Source of the DNA: Nostoc punctiforme PCC 73102
Lineage (GTDB): Bacteria; Cyanobacteriota; Cyanobacteriia; Cyanobacteriales; Nostocaceae
Assembly (NCBI RefSeq): GCF_000020025.1
Contig: NC_010628.1
Span: 5,700,001 to 5,732,000, forward strand
Direction: 5' to 3'
Length of the DNA: 32,000 nt
Position numbers and translations under genes: made by a program. The notes under the pieces were generated by a model, which saw nothing but the letters and a program-made list of their open reading frames with translations, did not search any database and was not told the DNA's origin. Of the stretch, positions 8,279 to 16,594 are shown one piece after another; within the stretch, counting starts at the first letter, position 1, and every line of letters begins with the position of its first letter.

Positions 8279-8488
8279 CGCATTTGTTACTTTGGCGTTC
8301 GCATTTGTTGATTTGGAGTTCGCATTTGTTGATTTAGCGATCGCATTTGTTGATTTAGCGATCGCATTTGTTGATTTGGCGATCGCATTTGTTGATTTGG
8401 CGATCGCATTTGTTGATTTGGCGATCGCATTTGTTGATTTAGCGTTCGCATTTGTTGATTTAGCGTTCGCATTTGCTATTTCGGCGAC
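8279..8488. repeat. tandem array of about 10 copies of a 21-bp unit (CGCATTTGTTGATTTGGCGAT), each central junction forming a HIP1 octamer
   Basis: Units start at 8279, 8300, 8321 ... 8468. Intact GCGATCGC occurs at 8337, 8358, 8379, 8400 and 8421, exactly 21 bp apart. Edge units carry GCGTTCGC or GAGTTCGC. The array fills the gap between two convergent genes. Confidence 0.95.
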
Positions 8489-8642
8489 TGGGTTGTTTGA
8501 GTGGCTGTGAAATGATCTGCCGATTACTTACAGCTTGTTTTTGTCGCAAATCATCACAAATTGCTTGTAAATCGTAGTTGAAAGCCTTTGCATGTTCTTC
8601 TCTTATTCTATAAATCTCTTCAAGAATTTCATCTTTCCACAT
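8460..8642 (-). CDS. small protein coupled to the PIN gene (putative antitoxin/partner)
   Basis: The ATG at 8642 lies 2 nt after the PIN gene stop (8645). The 60-aa product is MWKDEILEEIYRIREEHAKAFNYDLQAICDDLRQKQ.... Its last codons run into the 21-bp tandem array. The longer ORF-track version (start 8675) overlaps the PIN gene and seems unlikely. Confidence 0.45.
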   Translation of the reverse strand: MWKDEILEEIYRIREEHAKAFNYDLQAICDDLRQKQAVSNRQIISQPLKQPSRRNSKCER

Positions 8643-8644
8643 AT

Positions 8645-9118
8645 CTACTCTCCCATTAGTTCGTAGGGTGTACAAAGGGTTGGCAACTCGTATCCGGCAT
8701 CAAGACTGATTTGGGCTAGCTTCTTCTGAATTTGAGCATTGGCAATATGCTTACAGTTCCACGTTAACAGATAGTCCAATCCGTAAACTGTAGCCACCGC
8801 AATATGAAGCGCATCATCAGCAGCTTTCGGTGGAAGACTACTTTTTGCAAGAAATTGTGCTGCTAAATTTTGAACAGCTTCACTTACTTCAAGCAAAGGA
8901 AAATCACGTACTATTTCAAGTCGCTTCGTTGCTATCTCTGTATCGCCTCGTGCTACTTCATCCAAAACCACTTGAGAAATGTAGAGCATAAACTGATAGC
9001 GACGTGTGTCCCACCATTCCCGCGTAGCTTCTAAATTAGCCATCAGGATCAAGTTGTTACTCGGTCTAGCAGTCAAGTAGCCAACAATACTGGTTTCAAT
9101 GTAAACAGTTTCGCTCAT
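8645..9118 (-). CDS. PIN-domain (VapC-like) protein
   Basis: 157-aa ORF. Acidic and polar positions are spaced as in PIN domains (YIETSIV near the N-terminus, LDEVARGD, ADDALHIAVA, LLTWNCKHI). A small translationally coupled partner gene follows it. Confidence 0.6.
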   Translation of the reverse strand: MSETVYIETSIVGYLTARPSNNLILMANLEATREWWDTRRYQFMLYISQVVLDEVARGDTEIATKRLEIVRDFPLLEVSEAVQNLAAQFLAKSSLPPKAADDALHIAVATVYGLDYLLTWNCKHIANAQIQKKLAQISLDAGYELPTLCTPYELMGE

Positions 9119-9231
9119 CTGTTATTAAGCTGTTAACTTTCTCATGTTATCCGAAGAAATCACTGGGGATTCACTTAATTTTAGGGACTTACAAGGTTAA
9201 AAATTTTTAGGTTTAGTTCAGTGTTGATAAA

Positions 9232-10719
9232 CTATGCTCGAAATAGCTCAACCACCGTCGGCTTAGTAACTTTCCCCATAGCGTTGCGCGGTAATTCTTC
9301 AACTATCAAAATTTGGGTTGGCACTTTATAAACAGCCAATCGCTCTTTTGCCCAACTTCTGAAAGATTCTAATGTTAAAGGTTTTGATCCTTGCAATAAT
9401 ACTAATGCAGCACAAACCCGTTCGCCCCACTCTATATCTGCAACCCCGACTACTGCACATTCTTGAATATCTGGATGCGATCGCAATACTTCTTCAATTT
9501 CCAAAGCTGAAACTTTATAGCCTCCGGTTTTGATGATATCTACACTCATCCGTCCCAGAATGCGGTAATTCTCGTTCTCAACTACGGCGGTATCTCCAGT
9601 ACAAAACCAGCCATCTTGGAAGGCTTTGGCGGTTGCTTCAGGGTTTTGCCAATATTCAAGAAACACTCCGGGCCCTTTAACTTGGATCTCTCCTGGTGTT
9701 CCGGCTGAGACTAATCCCTTCTCATCTACTAATCTCACTTCAACTTTAGGCAGAGGCTTGCCGACATATCCAGCCAACCGTTCACCGTGTAAAGGGTTCG
9801 ATAGCGCCATACCAATTTCCGTCATTCCATATCGCTCAAGCAGAAAATGACCACTAATACTCTGCCACTTTTCTAAAACTTGAACTGGTAACGCTGCCGA
9901 GCCGGAAACCATCAGACGCATTTTAGCACAGCCTTCTGACATGGTTTTTTGACGTTCTTTAGAGGCATTTTCCCAAGCAGTAATCAGCTTTACATAAATC
10001 GTTGGTACTGCCATAAATAGGGTTAAGTCACCATCACAGATTCGCCTCCAAACGGTTTCAGTATCAAACTTGCTCAACAGATGACACTCCGCGCCAGCCC
10101 ATAAAGCACATGTCAGGACGTTAATAATTCCATGAATATGATGTAGTGGCAATATATGTAAAATGCGATCGCTAGATGTCCATTCCCAAGCGGTATTTAA
10201 GCTAGTCACTTGCGCTTGAATATTTTGATGGGTTGTAACTACACCCTTGGGTTTACCTGTTGTACCGCTAGTGTAGAGAATTAAGGCGCGTCTAGTGATA
10301 TCTACTTCTGGGAGAGGAGCAACATTAGATGGGAGGGTTTCTGAGGTGAGGATAAATCGCAAATTGTGTTCTTCGGCGAGCGAGCGCAGTATACTTTCAA
10401 AATTAGGATGAGCAACAATAATCGATGCTCCAGAATTAGTAATTACATACTCCAATTCTGGGCGGGGATGGGAAACACACAGAGGTACAGCTATGCCACC
10501 AGCACGCCAAATTCCCCATTGAGTAGCTACATACTCAAATCCAGGTGGGATGAGGAAGGCAACTCGCTTCTCTTGTAAATCTTTTGCATTCTGAAGAAGA
10601 CTTGTTGCTATTTGACTGGAAGTGTAGAGCAAATCTCGATAGGTAAATGATCCATCCGTTGTAACAATGGCTATTTTCTCGCTGTGTTCTTCAGCACGAA
10701 TAATCAATGGGAGATTCAC
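9232..10719 (-). CDS. AMP-dependent acyl-CoA synthetase/ligase (ACSF3/MatB-like)
   Basis: 495 aa. AMP-binding signature LYTSGTTGKPKGV, plus YGMTE, GDTA and GRMSVDIIKTGGYKVSALEIEE. It has a GTG start at 10719. Confidence 0.9.
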   Translation of the reverse strand: MNLPLIIRAEEHSEKIAIVTTDGSFTYRDLLYTSSQIATSLLQNAKDLQEKRVAFLIPPGFEYVATQWGIWRAGGIAVPLCVSHPRPELEYVITNSGASIIVAHPNFESILRSLAEEHNLRFILTSETLPSNVAPLPEVDITRRALILYTSGTTGKPKGVVTTHQNIQAQVTSLNTAWEWTSSDRILHILPLHHIHGIINVLTCALWAGAECHLLSKFDTETVWRRICDGDLTLFMAVPTIYVKLITAWENASKERQKTMSEGCAKMRLMVSGSAALPVQVLEKWQSISGHFLLERYGMTEIGMALSNPLHGERLAGYVGKPLPKVEVRLVDEKGLVSAGTPGEIQVKGPGVFLEYWQNPEATAKAFQDGWFCTGDTAVVENENYRILGRMSVDIIKTGGYKVSALEIEEVLRSHPDIQECAVVGVADIEWGERVCAALVLLQGSKPLTLESFRSWAKERLAVYKVPTQILIVEELPRNAMGKVTKPTVVELFRA

Positions 10720-10802
10720 GTTTATTTACCGATTTAGGGTTAATGCAGTCTACTTACTGAAAATATATATAGTAATCCTATTTGCTTTTCACCGACAGCC
10801 TC

Positions 10803-10835
10803 AGATCCCCGACTTCTTAAAGAAGTCGGGGATCT
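10803..10835. repeat. 33-nt perfect palindromic hairpin repeat AGATCCCCGACTTCTT-A-AAGAAGTCGGGGATCT (copy 1 of 3)
   Basis: It has a 16-nt perfect stem and lies 20 nt downstream of the corA stop. A TTTTT run follows on the plus strand. The same element occurs at 22550-22582 and 29154-29188. Confidence 0.9.
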
Positions 10836-10854
10836 TTTTATTCGTAACTTGATG

Positions 10855-11835
10855 CTACAACCAACGTTGTTTTTTAGCATAAGCAATACTACAAATCACA
10901 ATTAAGATCATTACGCCGATTACAGCAGGATAAGCCCAAGGTTGCTCTAATTCCGGCATATATTTGAAATTCATACCATAGAAACCAGACATAAAAGTAA
11001 TTGGTAAGAATACGGTCGAGAGGATAGTCAGGCGATTAATTCGTTCACCGGTTTTGCTAGCAATATTATCGCGTTGGATTTCCATTAATTCTGACATCCA
11101 GGCTCTCAAAGCTTGATATTCTTGCCATAATTTATCAACTTGATGAACCAATTCTTCTTTGAATAGTTCTTTCACTGGCTGGGTGATCCATTGAAAATCA
11201 TCGTAATCCATAATAGCCATAAGTGACTTAATACTTTGAAAATTACGCCGTCCTGAACGAGTAGATTGCCTCATGGTGGCAATTCTTTGGTACGTTGATT
11301 CATCACCAGAATCATCTAAAACTTCATCTTCTAAATCATCAAGCTTTCTAGAAATATAGTCAAAGACAATATGATAATTATTCAGAATCTCTTTAAAAAT
11401 GAGATAAAAAACATAGTCAATTCCCCATTTTTTAATATCTAGAGGGCGCTTTTGTAAATTATTAGCTAAAATACTTAAAACTTTTAATTCAGTAATTTCA
11501 AACGTAATTATAAAATTATTTCCAACTACAATATTGCCACGTGCAACTTCAAATTCATGATTTTTTATTTGAGCAGTTAGAATTTCATAGCTGTCAAACA
11601 AACAATCTTCTACGTCTTCATCAATTCCTAAAGGGGAATGGTTAAAAATCATGTTAACACGAGATGGGTCGAGTCCAAAGTGTTTGATAATTTTAGCTGT
11701 TCCAGTGCGATCGCGGAACTGAACACAGCGCAACCAAATATTCTGAGAAGCATCAATTCTTTTCAGTACCGTATCGACATCCCTATGAGTGAATATTTCC
11801 AAGTTATCTGGATAAAAAGTCAGGAGAATTAGCAT
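10855..11835 (-). CDS. corA: CorA-family magnesium/cobalt transporter
   Basis: 326 aa. It has two C-terminal TM helices with the signature FYGMNF (GMN motif). Confidence 0.85.
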   Translation of the reverse strand: MLILLTFYPDNLEIFTHRDVDTVLKRIDASQNIWLRCVQFRDRTGTAKIIKHFGLDPSRVNMIFNHSPLGIDEDVEDCLFDSYEILTAQIKNHEFEVARGNIVVGNNFIITFEITELKVLSILANNLQKRPLDIKKWGIDYVFYLIFKEILNNYHIVFDYISRKLDDLEDEVLDDSGDESTYQRIATMRQSTRSGRRNFQSIKSLMAIMDYDDFQWITQPVKELFKEELVHQVDKLWQEYQALRAWMSELMEIQRDNIASKTGERINRLTILSTVFLPITFMSGFYGMNFKYMPELEQPWAYPAVIGVMILIVICSIAYAKKQRWL

Positions 11836-12027
11836 ATAGCCATCCTAATTGAGTCGTGAGAAAATACGGTGACTCATGTTGAGCGATAATAGATTTAACT
11901 ACAACGATAGATAAAAGGTCAAAGTCTGCGATTTCTGATGTTAAATAGACATATTACAGTGATATTTTACCTCGGAAGCTCCCCCCAACTCACCTTAAAA
12001 GGCTTGCTCAAATTCCCTCCTTTTTAC

Positions 12028-12182
12028 CTACCGTGTACACACAAGTCTAATTACCCCCCTTAATCTCCTCAATGTTTTGGGGGGAAACAAGAAATCTAGT
12101 TCCCTCCCCTTTATAAGGGGAGGGTTAGGGTGGGGTAAAACTTTGTTTAATCAACTATTTTAAACTTGTGTGTATACCGTAG
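12028..12182. mobile_element. MITE-like 155-bp non-coding element with ~21-nt terminal inverted repeats
   Basis: The left end is CTACCGTGTACACACAAGTCT (12028-12048). The right end is AAACTTGTGTGTATACCGTAG (12162-12182), with 18 of 21 positions complementary. Inside is a perfect 10-bp hairpin CCCTCCCCTT-TAT-AAGGGGAGGG (12102-12124) and a C6...G6 pair (12054-12084). Confidence 0.55.
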
Positions 12183-12278
12183 CCTTTTTATGGAGAGTAA
12201 AGTAAACTCAAACAAATTGGGGCATATTGGGCTAATAGTATAAGATGGATCGTCATAACATAGGATGACGGTATTGAG

Positions 12279-14342
12279 TCATAGCTCAGTTTTTTCCATT
12301 TTCCCAGATTTGAGACGAGAAGCTTTCGCTGGTGCTGAATTATTTTGCAGAATTGCAATTTCTCTCTGTGCATCTTGATAACTATCTTTTTCGCCTTGCT
12401 GTTGGAATAGTTTTGCAGCTTTTTTGAAATCTGCGATCGCTCCCTGTTTATTTTTCTGCTTGGTGCGAATCACACCCCGATTATAGTAGGCTAAGGCATT
12501 GTTAGCATTAATTGCGATCGCTTGTGAATAATCTTGATTGGCAGATTTTTTATTTCCCAGTTCAAGATAAGCGTTACCACGATTGTTGTAAGCTGCTATA
12601 TTATTAGGATCTAGTTTCAGAGCTTCGCTGTAATCTTCAATAGCGCCTTTATAATCTCCGAAAGAAAAGCGGTGAATACCTCTGTGAATATAAGCGGCAA
12701 TAAATTTAGGGTCAATCTGTAAAATAGTATTGTAATCTTCAGTAGCTTCGATTTTATTTCCCAGATCGCTGAAAACATCACCTCGATTGAGATATGCTTC
12801 TATATATTTGGGATTAATGTTAATTGCATCTGTGTAATCTTTAAGGGCTGCATATTTTTGTTTATTAATAGATTGAGTTAAAGCCCTCTGATAATAAGCT
12901 TTGGCATCACTAGGATTAATTTTAATTACTGTATCAAAATCTTCGATTGCCCCTTGCTTGAGTCTGAGGCGACGGCGGATAATCCCACGCTGTAAGTAGG
13001 CTTCGGTATATTGAGGCTTGAGGGCGATCGCTTTACTAAAATCTCCAATTGCCCCTTTATTATCTTTCAATTGAACACGGGCTAACCCTCGTCCATAGTA
13101 AGCATAAGCATCATCAGAGTTTAACTTAATCGCTTGAGTATAGTCTGCGATCGCTTCTTTGTATTTGCCTAATTCCGAAAAAGCAAATCCTCGGTCAAAA
13201 TAGGCATTCCCATCTTGAGGATTGAGTAAAATGGCCTGACTAGAGTCTGCTTGTGCTTGCTCATAGTCTCCTAATCGATAATAAGTATCGCCTCGCTTAT
13301 TATAAGCTAAAGCATTTTTTGGATCTAATTCAATAACGTGATTGAAATCTTTAACTGCTCCTTCATAATTTCCTGCATCATATTTATCTAACCCTTCTTG
13401 ATATAATTCTTTTTGGGCATTATTTATAGGTTTTGGCAAATTTAAAAACCACACTCCTACACCAAGTATGATTAAGCCAGCTATCCCAGCCAAAACTATT
13501 AATAATTTTTTATCAGGCTGTTTTTGCGGAACTCCAACATTTGTTAACTTTTTCAGGTCATCTAAAACTTCGGTTGCATACTGGTAGCGCTTACGATAGT
13601 CCAAACGCACCATTTTATTAATAATTCTTACTAACTTTTTATTGATTTCTAGATTTTTGTTATACCAAAGTATTTCACCAGTCAGGCGATTTTTTTGATT
13701 TTGTAAATTAGATATTTCGTTTGCAGACAAACCTAAAAGTGCTGCGATCGCAACCATACCTAAAGCATATATATCACTGTTATATTTAACATTGCTCTTA
13801 ATTTGTTCTATAGGCATATATTCGAGATTTTCAGCATTATTAGTGATAGCTTCATTAAAATTACTAAAATCAACCAGAACTAATTTTTTATCTGACTCTC
13901 GGCGAATAATATTTGTTGGTTTAATATTCCGGTGAATGACACCTAAGCTATGTATAATCACCAAAATTTCTAATACTTCTGATAAAAGACTAATTACTTG
14001 GTTTTCCCTCAGAGGTTCTCTCTGGATAATTTCGTCAGTTAAAGGATTACCAGCAATGAATTCTTTAACTATATAAAATTCTTCATTTTCTTCAAAATAA
14101 GCAATTAGCTTTTGAATTTTATCGTGTTCCTGTCCTAATTTTTCTAAAGTTTCTGCTTTACTGGTAAACAAGCGACTGAGGATTGTTAAAGATTGAGGAT
14201 TACTACTATGAGGACTTAACTGCTTTATTATAAATTGGCTGCCAGGGAGATTAATATCTTCAACTAGATAGGTTTTTGCCTTATCACCATCATTGAGAAC
14301 TTTTAGTATTTGATAATGTCCATCTAGAAAATGACTATTCAT
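12279..14342 (-). CDS. Ser/Thr protein kinase with one TM helix and about 10 C-terminal TPR repeats
   Basis: 687 aa. Kinase subdomains: IIKQL (Lys), HRNIKPTNI catalytic loop, LVDFS (DFG-like), YMPIEQ. TM segment: LLIVLAGIAGLIILGVGVWFL. It ends with repeated AYxNRGxxYxxLGxYxxAIxDYxxAIxLxP units. Confidence 0.9.
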   Translation of the reverse strand: MNSHFLDGHYQILKVLNDGDKAKTYLVEDINLPGSQFIIKQLSPHSSNPQSLTILSRLFTSKAETLEKLGQEHDKIQKLIAYFEENEEFYIVKEFIAGNPLTDEIIQREPLRENQVISLLSEVLEILVIIHSLGVIHRNIKPTNIIRRESDKKLVLVDFSNFNEAITNNAENLEYMPIEQIKSNVKYNSDIYALGMVAIAALLGLSANEISNLQNQKNRLTGEILWYNKNLEINKKLVRIINKMVRLDYRKRYQYATEVLDDLKKLTNVGVPQKQPDKKLLIVLAGIAGLIILGVGVWFLNLPKPINNAQKELYQEGLDKYDAGNYEGAVKDFNHVIELDPKNALAYNKRGDTYYRLGDYEQAQADSSQAILLNPQDGNAYFDRGFAFSELGKYKEAIADYTQAIKLNSDDAYAYYGRGLARVQLKDNKGAIGDFSKAIALKPQYTEAYLQRGIIRRRLRLKQGAIEDFDTVIKINPSDAKAYYQRALTQSINKQKYAALKDYTDAININPKYIEAYLNRGDVFSDLGNKIEATEDYNTILQIDPKFIAAYIHRGIHRFSFGDYKGAIEDYSEALKLDPNNIAAYNNRGNAYLELGNKKSANQDYSQAIAINANNALAYYNRGVIRTKQKNKQGAIADFKKAAKLFQQQGEKDSYQDAQREIAILQNNSAPAKASRLKSGKMEKTEL

Positions 14343-14431
14343 TAATATAAATGTAAAATTATAAATTGTTTGATTATAGCTTAGGTGTTATTAATAGTGA
14401 TTTTAAAATGTAAATATTTATTTATTAACTT

Positions 14432-14459
14432 GTAGGGGCAATTCATGAATTGCTCCTAC
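14432..14459. other. near-perfect inverted repeat GTAGGGGCAATTC-AT-GAATTGCTCCTAC downstream of lysC
   Basis: The arms are 13 nt with one mismatch. It lies about 160 nt after the lysC stop on the minus strand, with no adjacent T-run. Its function is unknown. Confidence 0.35.
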
Positions 14460-14615
14460 CTGAATCTCACATAGAATTAGTATAAGCGGCTCCAGACCTA
14501 TTCTAAGGGCTAGAGCCGTTTACTACAAACCTTTAATTATTCACGCCTACTTACTTACCAAAACAGTAAATAGACAACGTAGCTAATTACGAATTACGAA
14601 TTATTCAGTCAGATT

Positions 14616-16472
14616 TTATGCTGGCACGACTACTTTCTCACTACCAGCTAGTCCAAAAGCGGCATGAATGGCTTGCAAAGCTTTAACACCTTGCTCTTGT
14701 GCTACGACACAACTAATTTTTATTTCTGAGGTGGCAATCATTTGAATATTAATTTGGTGCTGGGCTAGCGCTTCAAACATTTTGGCAGCAACACCTGGTT
14801 GTCCTACCATACCTGCACCAACAATACTCACTTTAGCGATCGCACTATCTAAAACAACTTCACCCCATCCTAACTCTGCCGCTACTTGAGTAAGCATTTT
14901 TTTTGCGCTTTCCGCGTCTATCCGCGAGACTGTAAAAGCAATATCTCGCCTAGGAACGCCATCAATCACCCGACAGCGCTGAGATTGAATAATCATGTCA
15001 ACGCTGATATTATGCTGCGCTAATAATCCAAATAACTTCGCCGCCATCCCCGGACGATCTGGTAATTGGCGAATAGCGAGACGCGCTTGATTCAAATCTA
15101 AAGCAACACCGCGAACGGGAGGACAATTGGGCAGGGGGGCGGAGGGGCAAAGGGGCGGAGGGGAATCTATACATGCACTCTCCCCTGCTCCCCTGCTCCC
15201 CTGCTCCCCTGCTTCTATTTCAAAGGCAGTGCGGAGTGCTAAAACGGCGTGATCGCATTCGGCAGCATCGACTACGCAACTTACTTTGACTTCGCTGGTG
15301 GAAATCATTTGAATATTCACGCCAGCTTCTGCTAAAGTGGCAAACATTTTTGCAGCCACACCGGGACGGCCAATCATTCCTGCGCCTGCGATGCTGACTT
15401 TGGCAATGTTATGTTCCAGCATTACCTCGGCTTCATCAGATTTGGGGTTAGATGGATTTCTCAGTGCTGGAGCGATCGCTGCGGCTACTGCTTCTGCCCG
15501 TTTTAAGATTGGGGTGGTGACAGTAAAAGCAATGTCATTACTGTTACCTTCATGAATTGACTGAATAATCAAATCTACATCTACTTTTTGTCGGGAAATT
15601 TCGCCAAATAACCTGGCTGCTACACCTGGTTTATCGGGTACGCGCAACAAAGCCACCTTTGCTTGGTCAGTGTCAAATTCTACAGCATCCACCGGACGGG
15701 CAATTTCTAGATTGATTAGCGATCGCCCTTGGGGTTTGGCTGATGTCACCCAAGTACCTGGTTGATCCGTCCAGCTAGACCTAACTACCAGGGGAACACC
15801 ATAGTTACGAGCAATTTCTACAGCACGGGGATGCAACACTTTTGCGCCCAAGCTAGCTAGTTCCAACATTTCATCGCAGGTGATGTCATCCATCAACTGG
15901 GCTTCGGCAACTAAACGGGGGTCTGTAGTTAGAATCCCTGGAACATCTGTATAAATTTCACAAAAGTTAGCTCTTAATGCGGCTGCGATCGCTACCGCAG
16001 AAGTGTCAGAACCACCGCGCCCCAAAGTTGTAATTTCCATTTCCCCGGTGCTGGATGTGCCTTGGAACCCTGCTACAACAACTACTTTACCTGCATTTAT
16101 GTGGCGACAGAGGCGAGTAGTGTCAATATGCAAAATCCGAGCGCGGCTGTGTTCAGCTTCGGTAACAATTCCTACCTGAGCGCCAGTCATAGAAATTGCT
16201 GGTTGTCCGAGTTCCTGCAAAGCCATGCTGAGTAAGGCGATGGTTACTTGTTCGCCAGTGGAAAGCAGCATATCCATTTCCCGGCGGTTTGGATTGGGAG
16301 AAATTTCATTAGCTAGTTTGACGAGTCCATCGGTGGTTTTGCCCATTGCTGAAACCACTACTACCAGAGAGTTTCCAGCTTGGACAGTTTTATAAACACG
16401 CTGTGCGACAGCTTGAATGCGTTCCACTGAACCGACAGATGTACCACCGTATTTCTGAACTATGAGCGCCAT
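14616..16472 (-). CDS. lysC: aspartate kinase, cyanobacterial long form with two tandem ACT-domain pairs
   Basis: MALIVQKYGGTSVG is the canonical aspartokinase N-terminus, so I prefer the ATG at 16472 to the upstream ATG at 16508. The regulatory region is duplicated: KVSIAGAGMIGRPGVAAKMFATLAEAGVNIQMISTSEVKVSCVV and KVSIVGAGMVGQPGVAAKMFEALAQHQINIQMIATSEIKISCVV. Confidence 0.95.
   Translation of the reverse strand: MALIVQKYGGTSVGSVERIQAVAQRVYKTVQAGNSLVVVVSAMGKTTDGLVKLANEISPNPNRREMDMLLSTGEQVTIALLSMALQELGQPAISMTGAQVGIVTEAEHSRARILHIDTTRLCRHINAGKVVVVAGFQGTSSTGEMEITTLGRGGSDTSAVAIAAALRANFCEIYTDVPGILTTDPRLVAEAQLMDDITCDEMLELASLGAKVLHPRAVEIARNYGVPLVVRSSWTDQPGTWVTSAKPQGRSLINLEIARPVDAVEFDTDQAKVALLRVPDKPGVAARLFGEISRQKVDVDLIIQSIHEGNSNDIAFTVTTPILKRAEAVAAAIAPALRNPSNPKSDEAEVMLEHNIAKVSIAGAGMIGRPGVAAKMFATLAEAGVNIQMISTSEVKVSCVVDAAECDHAVLALRTAFEIEAGEQGSRGAGESACIDSPPPLCPSAPLPNCPPVRGVALDLNQARLAIRQLPDRPGMAAKLFGLLAQHNISVDMIIQSQRCRVIDGVPRRDIAFTVSRIDAESAKKMLTQVAAELGWGEVVLDSAIAKVSIVGAGMVGQPGVAAKMFEALAQHQINIQMIATSEIKISCVVAQEQGVKALQAIHAAFGLAGSEKVVVPA
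15131..15212. repeat. low-complexity G-run/C-run insert inside the lysC inter-ACT linker, including 4 copies of the 8-nt unit TCCCCTGC
   Basis: TCCCCTGC repeats at 15181, 15189, 15197 and 15205. An opposing G-rich block GCAGGGGGGCGGAGGGGCAAAGGGGCGGAGGGG lies at 15131-15163. Together they encode GEQGSRGAGESACIDSPPPLCPSAPLPNCPP. Confidence 0.7.
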
Positions 16473-16594
16473 AACTTTTATGCAATCAATTGTGTCTGTT
16501 TTGCTCAATGCCTCCGCCGGGTTAGGAAGCCTTGAAGATATTAATAGATATTTAGTTTACTAAAAATTGTGTAGCATACCCAATCATGAGTTGA

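Noticed and set aside
8287-8510. ORFs 8287-8472 (-) and 8292-8510 (+) encoding MRSPNQQ / AFVDLAI repeats
   Set aside because: Both are read-throughs of the 21-bp tandem array, whose period is divisible by 3. They are open on both strands at once and have no non-repeat sequence.
10803-10835. Calling the GATCCCCGACTTC hairpins rho-independent terminators
   Set aside because: The stems are strong. However, a T-run is present at only one copy and on the strand opposite to the upstream gene, so they are reported as repeats only.
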